A stretch of DNA of 32,000 nt, taken from the NCBI GenBank assembly GCA_028710695.1, contig JAQTTP010000005.1, positions 30,001-62,000 of the forward strand, in the 5' to 3' direction. Position 1 is the stretch's first letter; every line of letters begins with the position of its first letter. Position numbers and translations under genes: made by a program. Of the stretch, positions 18,928-25,104 are shown one piece after another. The DNA comes from Candidatus Iainarchaeum sp. (GTDB lineage Archaea > Iainarchaeota > Iainarchaeia > Iainarchaeales > 0-14-0-20-30-16). Below the pieces are notes generated by a model. It was not told the DNA's origin. It saw nothing but the letters and a program-made list of their open reading frames with translations, and made no database searches.

Positions 18928-20116
18928 ATCTCCCACTCACAATCTCAATAACATCTCTATTCTTCAATTTGTGTTCCTTTCCAACCATCATTTTGGTCTT
19001 AACAAGAATCGCCTTTATGAACTTATTTCCCAAATCAGAGTGAATATGGAATGCAAAATCCAAAGCAGTTGATTCTGGAGGCAATAAAAAACAATCCGGA
19101 AGCACATTTCCATCTTTATCCGCCAACTTGTTTACCCCACCGGGGAATATTGCCATATAGTTCAAAAGATTGAATACAGACTTATCCATGATCTCTTGAA
19201 CTCCGGTAAATCCATATTTGCCAAGGATATTAGTTTTTATAAAATTTAAAGCTTTTGTCTGCTTCTCGCTAAGCTTTGATTCATCTTTAATTTCAAAGCC
19301 ATTGGCCCCAGGCAGATAATCTATAAGCCCAGCTTTGTCCGCTTCCTTCAAAGCAAGTTCGCTCTCAGCAGAAACAGGAACTATAAGTAACTCAGGATAT
19401 TTCTCCTTTATTCTCTTAATATTGTTCTCCGCAGTAGGCAAGTCAACCTTATTTGCAGCAATAACTATTGGCTTTGATAGCTTTCTAAGATTTTTTACAA
19501 ATGTTTTTTTCTGATCTATATTCCATTCAAGCATCTGTTTAGGATAATTCTTTATTACTGCCTCAACATGGTAACGCTTTATACTTAGCCCAGAAACCAT
19601 CTCTGCCAATGCATCTTCTATTTTCATTTTCTTAGCTGCCTGGGTCTTTCCGGATTTATCCCAATTAGCTTCTAAGATTCCAAAAATCCACATATCAAGC
19701 TCAAATTCTAAGAATTCAATGTCTTTTAGAGGATCATAGCTTCCCATTGCCACAGGCTCTCCTTTCTCATTTACAGAGCCTGCAATGTCAACTACATGGA
19801 TCAAAGCATCAGCCTTTCTCAAATCATCTAAGAATTTGTTCCCTAAACCCTTACCCTCGTGAGCACCAGGTACAAGGCCAGCAACATCAACAACTTCTAC
19901 TGGCACAAACCTTATGCCCTTTTTACAATATCCTACTCTTGGGTTACATTGTACCCCAAGTTCTTTATCCACACATTCAACCCTTACAAATCCAACTCCT
20001 TTATTCGGTTCAATAGTTGTAAAAGGGTAGTTTGCTGCCTCAGCCTTTGCCATGGTTAAGGCCTTAAAAAAAGTACTTTTTCCTACGTTTGGTTTTCCTA
20101 CAATACCTACAAGCAT
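18926..20116 (-). CDS. Obg-superfamily GTPase, YchF/Ygr210-like archaeal type with C-terminal TGS-like domain
   Basis: G1 GKPNVGKST, G3 DVAGLV, G4 NKVD, C-terminal KNRDVIEIV. Start moved from TTG 20140 to ATG 20116 (MLVGIVGKPNVGKS). Confidence 0.85.
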   Translation of the reverse strand: MLVGIVGKPNVGKSTFFKALTMAKAEAANYPFTTIEPNKGVGFVRVECVDKELGVQCNPRVGYCKKGIRFVPVEVVDVAGLVPGAHEGKGLGNKFLDDLRKADALIHVVDIAGSVNEKGEPVAMGSYDPLKDIEFLEFELDMWIFGILEANWDKSGKTQAAKKMKIEDALAEMVSGLSIKRYHVEAVIKNYPKQMLEWNIDQKKTFVKNLRKLSKPIVIAANKVDLPTAENNIKRIKEKYPELLIVPVSAESELALKEADKAGLIDYLPGANGFEIKDESKLSEKQTKALNFIKTNILGKYGFTGVQEIMDKSVFNLLNYMAIFPGGVNKLADKDGNVLPDCFLLPPESTALDFAFHIHSDLGNKFIKAILVKTKMMVGKEHKLKNRDVIEIVSGR

Positions 20117-20194
20117 TAGTTTCACTCTCTTAGATTCCAATCCCTACTCTAGTTATATTATATAAAAATAGCAAAAATAATAAAAAGGAGGCTT

Positions 20195-20665
20195 TTATTC
20201 TTTTACAATTACACAAATTTCCCCAATAAAACAATCTTTATTTAGGATGTATTCCAGGATATATTCCTTACCAAGCCTATGTGCCTTACTAGCTTTAACT
20301 TTTACTTCACAAATAACTGCTTTATTCTTTATTAGTATTGGTTTTTTGGTAAATATTGTAAAACTCTTGCTTATAACTTCGCCAAGTTCTTCTTTTGTCT
20401 TTTTGTTTTTTAAACAAAAAAAGGCAACTAAGGACTGTGAGATAATAGACAATGCAGAATTAATATGTAAATTAATCCCAAAAGGATTATTCTTATCTTC
20501 AAAATATTTGGTAAAAATGGCCTTAGTTTTTATTGATTTCTTTGTCAGATCCAAAAAACACAGATTAAAATGTTCTTTTTTTACACCTTTAGATAGATAC
20601 AATGATTGTATATTTTCGTTTAATAAACTATTTTTTTTAGGTACACAAAAAACCATACTAATCAT
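20195..20665 (-). CDS. Hypothetical protein coupled to porB (possible hotdog-fold)
   Basis: 156 aa. Its ATG overlaps the porB TGA (ATGA at 20662-20665). A central hydrophobic helix (INSALSIISQSLVAFFCL) is followed by alternating beta-like segments. No motif I can name with confidence. Confidence 0.5.
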   Translation of the reverse strand: MISMVFCVPKKNSLLNENIQSLYLSKGVKKEHFNLCFLDLTKKSIKTKAIFTKYFEDKNNPFGINLHINSALSIISQSLVAFFCLKNKKTKEELGEVISKSFTIFTKKPILIKNKAVICEVKVKASKAHRLGKEYILEYILNKDCFIGEICVIVKE

Positions 20666-21597
20666 TTCTTTCCCAACACTTTGAATTCTTTATCCACTTC
20701 TTCCTGGACTTTTGCTATCAAGTTTTTCCTTAACTCTGGCTTGAACAAGTGGGCATAAAGCTTGTGTGATTTAAGATACTCTTCTACAGGCAGGGCCTTC
20801 TTTGGGTTATAATTTATCTTGTATTTTCCGCCCTCGATCTCATACAAAGGCCAAAAGTTCGTCTCTGTTGCAAGCCTAGCAACATCATAAGTCTTAGAAC
20901 TTGGGAACTTCCACCCATAATTACAAGGCATTAAAACGCTCAAGAATTTCGGGCCCTCATAGCTCAAGGCTTTCTTTATTTTATAAATAAAATCATCTAA
21001 ATATGCAGGATTTGCTTGTGCTGCATAAGGAATATTATGTGCAGCCACAATAGACATTATGTCCTTCCTCTTCTGTGCTTTTCCAGTACTCTCTAAGCCC
21101 GCAGGAGTAGTGGTTGTACTTGCTAAATAAGGTGTTGACCCACTTCTTTGCATTCCTGTATTAGAATAAGCAGCATTGTCATAAAGAACATATAAAATAT
21201 CATGCCCTCTTTCAAGCATTCCTGACAGGGCTTGTAATCCAATATCTACTGTCCCCCCATCACCTGCAAAAACAATGAACTTATACTTTTTCTTTAATTC
21301 TCCTCTCTTTTTCCTGGCAGCATATGCCCTTTCTACACCCGCAAGAGTAGAGGCAGAGTTTTCAAAAGCATTATGTATACAAGATACTCCAAAGCTTGTA
21401 TGGGGCCATATTGTGCTAGTAACTTCTAGGCATCCAGTAGCAATAGACACCACGGGCTCACAATCATCAGGCACATTTCCAAGCACAGTTCTAACTATTG
21501 TGGGTATGAAACATCCAGAACAGGTTCTATGCCCTGGCCCAAAACCTTCTTTCCCTTTTTCCCAAATCTTCTGCAATTCGTTGCCTTTTACATCCAT
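20662..21597 (-). CDS. porB: 2-oxoacid (pyruvate):ferredoxin oxidoreductase, beta subunit (TPP-binding)
   Basis: GHRTCSGCFIPTIVR, ATGCLEV, and FAGDGGTVDIGLQALSG (TPP motif GDG). Start moved from GTG 21606 to ATG 21597 (GTGAT-4nt-ATG). Confidence 0.9.
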   Translation of the reverse strand: MDVKGNELQKIWEKGKEGFGPGHRTCSGCFIPTIVRTVLGNVPDDCEPVVSIATGCLEVTSTIWPHTSFGVSCIHNAFENSASTLAGVERAYAARKKRGELKKKYKFIVFAGDGGTVDIGLQALSGMLERGHDILYVLYDNAAYSNTGMQRSGSTPYLASTTTTPAGLESTGKAQKRKDIMSIVAAHNIPYAAQANPAYLDDFIYKIKKALSYEGPKFLSVLMPCNYGWKFPSSKTYDVARLATETNFWPLYEIEGGKYKINYNPKKALPVEEYLKSHKLYAHLFKPELRKNLIAKVQEEVDKEFKVLGKK

Positions 21598-21612
21598 AAA
21601 AATCACTTTGCC

Positions 21613-22752
21613 TTAATTTTTTAGATCTTTCCTCAGCCCATAGAACTGGAACTTCTTTTGCTTCCCTTTCAAGAATTTGCCCACTAGATCTTTGGCTTCT
21701 TCTAGCCCAAAGTCTCTTCCGCCAATTCCATAAACAACATTATAGAACTCTCTTCCCATACCTTGGAACTCTAAACCCATTGGCCCAAACTCTGCGCCAT
21801 GGCTTATTGCCCTATCCAAAACAATTATCTTTTTGCCTTTAAGCTCTGCCCTTAACTCATTATAAGGAAACGGCCTATAAACTCTTGGTCTCAAGCACCC
21901 AACTTTTTTTCCTTTTTTTCTCAATTCTTGGCAAGTCAACTCTATTGCTTGATAAGAAGAGCCCATTGTTACAAAGACAGTATTTGCATCTTTTAACCCG
22001 TAAGACTCATATAAGCCATAATTTCTTTTTGAAAATTTCTCAAATCCTTTTTGAATTCCAAGTATTGATTTTGATGAGTTTGCAAGATCTCTCCACTGCC
22101 TTTCTCTTACTTCTATATTAGAATCAGTTAAAGAAACATTTCCAAAAGTTATTTTTGAATCAAGCATGTTCGGCCACTTTGGTTTCTTTCCCACAAAATT
22201 CACAGCCTGTTTGGTGGACAAAGTATCAATCACCTGCTCTCCATGGGTAGTATAGAATCCATCCATCATTACCATTACTGGTATTTTTGTTTCCTCAGTA
22301 ATCTTCACAGCCATTAAAGTAGTGTCATAAACTTCCTGCACATCTTTACAATAAATTTGTATCCAGCCAGAATCTCTTGCCAAAAAACTATCGGAATAAT
22401 CACAATGCAGAAGAAGTGGAGCACCTATTCCTCTATTTCCCACAACCATAGTCATAGGCAGTCTCAATCCCGCAGCAATATAAATCACTTCAATCATATA
22501 TGCCAAACCTTGAGATGCGGTAGCAGTAAACACTCTTGCACCTGCAGCACTTGCTCCAATACAAGCAGACATTGCACTATGCTCCGATTCTGCAAGAATA
22601 TTTTCAGTAGTAACTTTTCCATCAGCAACATATTTTGAAAAGGTTTCAATGATCTGTGTTTGGGGGGTAATAGGATATGATGCACAAACATCAGGGTTTA
22701 TCTGCATCATTGCATATGATACAGCATAGTTTCCGTTTATCAGAGCCCTCAT
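21613..22752 (-). CDS. porA: 2-oxoacid (pyruvate):ferredoxin oxidoreductase, alpha subunit
   Basis: MRALINGNYAVSYAMMQINPDVCASYPITPQT and SEHSAMSACIGASAAGARVFTATASQGL. Start moved to ATG 22752, which has GAGGGTG upstream and lies 2 nt after the porD stop. Confidence 0.9.
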   Translation of the reverse strand: MRALINGNYAVSYAMMQINPDVCASYPITPQTQIIETFSKYVADGKVTTENILAESEHSAMSACIGASAAGARVFTATASQGLAYMIEVIYIAAGLRLPMTMVVGNRGIGAPLLLHCDYSDSFLARDSGWIQIYCKDVQEVYDTTLMAVKITEETKIPVMVMMDGFYTTHGEQVIDTLSTKQAVNFVGKKPKWPNMLDSKITFGNVSLTDSNIEVRERQWRDLANSSKSILGIQKGFEKFSKRNYGLYESYGLKDANTVFVTMGSSYQAIELTCQELRKKGKKVGCLRPRVYRPFPYNELRAELKGKKIIVLDRAISHGAEFGPMGLEFQGMGREFYNVVYGIGGRDFGLEEAKDLVGKFLKGKQKKFQFYGLRKDLKN

Positions 22753-22754
22753 CT

Positions 22755-23024
22755 TTACACCCTCTTCATTTCTATTACTTTCTTCAAATAATTTGCACAA
22801 ATTCCACAGCCCTTACAAAACTTATAATCTATGTGTGAATACTTTCCACCAACATAAACTATTGCTGCTTCCGGACAATATAATGCAATTTCAACATGTT
22901 TATTCATTTCCTCTTTGTCTTTAACAACAGGAATCTCTTTTCTCCAAGATCCAGTTTGATATTCTTCTGATTCACTTGCAAGTATTCTTGCACCCAAATC
23001 CACTTTCTTAATTTCTTTAACCAT
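22755..23024 (-). CDS. porD: 2-oxoacid:ferredoxin oxidoreductase, delta subunit (ferredoxin-like, apparently single-cluster)
   Basis: GSWRKEIPVV...YCPEAAI...IDYKFCKGCGICANYL. It sits between porG and porA. Start moved from GTG 23033 to ATG 23024. Confidence 0.85.
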   Translation of the reverse strand: MVKEIKKVDLGARILASESEEYQTGSWRKEIPVVKDKEEMNKHVEIALYCPEAAIVYVGGKYSHIDYKFCKGCGICANYLKKVIEMKRV

Positions 23025-23029
23025 AAAAA

Positions 23030-23566
23030 TCACTTAAATTGGGTATATGCCTCATTTAAAGCTTTAAGATTTCCGTCCAATAATTCTGGTTTCTTTGATA
23101 AGGTTTCTTTTACTGCTTTTTCTAAATTTGCAAATTTAACACAAGTTGTCATCTTCAAAAGAGCGCCAAGCATAACTACTCCAGGAAGGTCCTTTTTCAA
23201 GTATTTATTTGCAATTCCAGATGCATCGATGAATACACTATTTTTTATTTCTGGATTTATTTTTCCATTTATCAAAAGTTTTGCTTTCTTTTGGTTCAAA
23301 ATTAAATTCTTGGTGTCAAGTTGTGATAACAAAGAGCCATCCAAAACAACTACATAGTCTGCTTGCGTTATGGATGCTTGGTCTTTTATTTTTTCTTTAG
23401 AAATTTTTACAAAAGCCCTTACTGGTGCACCACTTCTTTCTGGGCCATACTCAGGAAATGCTTGCACTTCCAAGCCTTGTAAAAATGCTGCTTTTGCAAG
23501 TATTTCTGCAGCAGTTTTTACACCTTCTCCGCCACGACCCCAGAACACAAAACTAGTATAAGACAT
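23030..23566 (-). CDS. porG: 2-oxoacid:ferredoxin oxidoreductase, gamma subunit
   Basis: FWGRGGEGVKTAAEILAKAAFLQGLEVQAFPEYGPERSGAPVRAFVKIS. Confidence 0.9.
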   Translation of the reverse strand: MSYTSFVFWGRGGEGVKTAAEILAKAAFLQGLEVQAFPEYGPERSGAPVRAFVKISKEKIKDQASITQADYVVVLDGSLLSQLDTKNLILNQKKAKLLINGKINPEIKNSVFIDASGIANKYLKKDLPGVVMLGALLKMTTCVKFANLEKAVKETLSKKPELLDGNLKALNEAYTQFK

Positions 23567-23727
23567 AGTACCACTTATATAACTATAAACAAGGAATAAT
23601 AAAGAGATTAATGTTTAAATACCTTTCTGGATTTTGCAAATGGGGAAAATATCAGCAATAGTTAAGAACAGAATTAAATTCAAAAAGCATATTAATAGAA
23701 GAAAAATAATTTTGTGACTTTATTATG

Positions 23728-24375
23728 TCACTCTTTTCTGACAATTGTTATTGTCCAGCCTCTTTTACCATAACCCTTGTAATATTCTTCAACTTTAAAG
23801 AATTGCGATAGTAGATTAGTCATATTTAACCGATCTATCATCTGAACATACGGCTTAGTCTGATCTTTCTTTTGTTTTATTTTTTTATCATCATCATAAT
23901 CTGCAGTATTCGAGGAGTATACTAAACCATATCCACCTTTCTCTAAAATATCCGACATTTTTTCTACAACATATGGCGCCATTGAAGAATCAAACTGGTT
24001 CAAAAAAGATCCAGCTACCAAACCGTGGAATTTTTCTTCAGGTTCCCATTCTAAAAAACAGTTGTTGTAGAACTTTGCTTTAGGGCTATTTTGTTGAGCA
24101 TGTTTTATCATTTCTTTAGACACATCAACACAGGACACATTAAAGTCATACTTAAAATGTTCTGTAAGTATGAACGAGTTTAATCCAACTCCACATCCAA
24201 GGTCAGCAATTCTTGCACCAGTTCCAAAATTAGAGTGAACCTTTTCTGCAAATGGTTTTATCACTTTGTATTGATTGTCTACGAAATTTACCCACCTAGA
24301 GTTATAATCGTCGGCCAACAAATCGTAGTACTCCACCAATTGTTTTTGGCTTTTGTTAATTTGTTTTCCGCACAT
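23728..24375 (-). CDS. Class I SAM-dependent methyltransferase
   Basis: IADLGCGVGLNSFIL (motif I), VSCVDVSKEMI, and LEKGGYGLVY. Confidence 0.8.
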   Translation of the reverse strand: MCGKQINKSQKQLVEYYDLLADDYNSRWVNFVDNQYKVIKPFAEKVHSNFGTGARIADLGCGVGLNSFILTEHFKYDFNVSCVDVSKEMIKHAQQNSPKAKFYNNCFLEWEPEEKFHGLVAGSFLNQFDSSMAPYVVEKMSDILEKGGYGLVYSSNTADYDDDKKIKQKKDQTKPYVQMIDRLNMTNLLSQFFKVEEYYKGYGKRGWTITIVRKE

Positions 24376-24396
24376 GTTTATAATATAATTTCAATA

Positions 24397-24408
24397 TTTA
24401 TAAAGGGC
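24397..24408 (-). promoter_or_regulatory. Putative BRE/TATA (minus reading GCCCTTTATAAA) for the 23728..24375 methyltransferase, probably a leaderless mRNA
   Basis: The TATA centre is ~25 nt upstream of ATG 24375. Same CC-TTTATAAA core as the three other sites. Confidence 0.5.
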
Positions 24409-24477
24409 TTGGTTTTATGTATAGAAAGACCAAAAAAAAGCACACGGAAACAAATCGATTTTTGCAAGTAGATGTCA

Positions 24478-24522
24478 AACGGGAACAAACTTTCCCGTTA
24501 GAGTTGGCGCCATTTATGGCGC
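24478..24522. other. Two adjacent GC-rich perfect hairpins of unknown function
   Basis: aacgggaa-caaact-ttcccgtt (24478-24499, 8 bp) and gcgcca-ttta-tggcgc (24507-24522, 6 bp). Flanked by A8 at 24432-24439 (U8 on the minus strand) and by T7 runs at 24549-24555 and 24560-24566 (plus strand). Confidence 0.5.
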
Positions 24523-24652
24523 GGGTTATGGAAAATAAACAATTTGACTTTTTTTGTTCTTTTTTTATCCACCTTAGATTAATTAAAACTAGAATATCCC
24601 AAATCCTTTGGGTTTGTGGATATGCCCCCTTTTCTTTTTTGGTGAACTTATG

Positions 24653-24678
24653 CTTTTTTCTTTTGGAAAAGAAAAAAG
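24653..24678 (-). terminator. Perfect 12-bp A/T palindrome plus U-tracts, a terminator-like element after the candidate ncRNA
   Basis: cttttttctttt-gg-aaaagaaaaaag. On the minus strand it begins 8 nt after the ncRNA 3' stem and reads CUUUUUUCUUUU. Confidence 0.45.
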
Positions 24679-24686
24679 AATAGAGT

Positions 24687-24879
24687 GGCAGGTAAAACGG
24701 TATACACAAGAGCATCTGGGACTACGGATATATACTCCCGGAATTGACCGCGCAAAAGACAGCAGATAAAATCTGCCCCAACATACAGCAAAGCACATGG
24801 CATGAAGCCAGAACGCTTGTTTGCATATCCTCACTGCGCCGTTTGCAAATCTCACGAGGAGATTTAGAGGTTACCTACC
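24687..24879 (-). ncRNA. Candidate structured ncRNA of unknown family (~193 nt)
   Basis: A GC-enriched island in an AT-rich spacer. A 9-bp terminal stem pairs GGUAGGUAA (24879-24871) with UUACCUGCC (24695-24687). Four internal hairpins lie at 24846-24866, 24788-24824, 24761-24777 and 24718-24739. Three helix-closing pairs are G.U on the minus strand but A.C on the plus strand. A TATA sits ~26 nt upstream and oligo-U downstream. Confidence 0.55.
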
Positions 24880-24900
24880 GTATAAATATTATACAAACTG

Positions 24901-24920
24901 GTTTATAAAGGTTACTTTTT
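24901..24920 (-). promoter_or_regulatory. Putative BRE/TATA promoter of the candidate ncRNA
   Basis: gtttataaaggttacttttt is identical to 18908..18927. The TATA centre (about 24905) minus ~26 nt gives a start at about 24879, which is the first base of the terminal stem. Confidence 0.5.
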
Positions 24921-24955
24921 TTATGTAGAATTTGGGCAGAAAGAAGTCAGGAATC

Positions 24956-25002
24956 AAAAAAAGTTAAAAACTAAAAAGAAAAAGAATAACTTTTTAGTTA
25001 AC
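24956..25002 (-). terminator. rRNA-operon terminator-like hairpin followed by U7
   Basis: gttaa/ttaac and ctaaaaag/ctttttag arms (24963-25002), followed on the minus strand by U7 (A7 at 24956-24962). It lies ~100 nt downstream of the 23S 3' end. Confidence 0.4.
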
Positions 25003-25069
25003 ATAGGCAAGTAAAATGCTAAAGATTGCTAAAAGTTTTTAGCTAAGATTCTAAACTGAATCTCTATTT

Positions 25070-25104
25070 GTGTAGTCTATGATTTCGTGTGTAGTCTTTG
25101 ATTT
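25070..25104 (-). repeat. Tandem 16-nt direct repeat in the 23S 3' trailer
   Basis: gtgtagtctatgattt (25070-25085) and gtgtagtctttgattt (25089-25104) differ at 1 position, with period 19. The second copy abuts the 23S helix-1 3' strand. Confidence 0.6.

Noticed and set aside
24741-24760. The plus-strand CCCGGAAUUGACCGCGC of the candidate ncRNA resembles 5S helix III/loop C (CUCGGAAGUUAAGCC) and the SRP helix-8 CCGGAA motif
   Set aside because: No complementary helix II strand or GGAA-closed hairpin can be formed. The wobble-pair evidence and the promoter and terminator all indicate the opposite (minus) strand.
24235-24855. ORFs 24235..24471(+), 24398..24715(-), 24417..24683(+) and 24589..24855(-) in the spacer
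   Set aside because: They overlap one another, lack an SD sequence, and give implausible low-complexity or Cys/Phe-rich translations. They also span hairpins, the terminator palindrome and the candidate ncRNA, so the region is better explained as non-coding.
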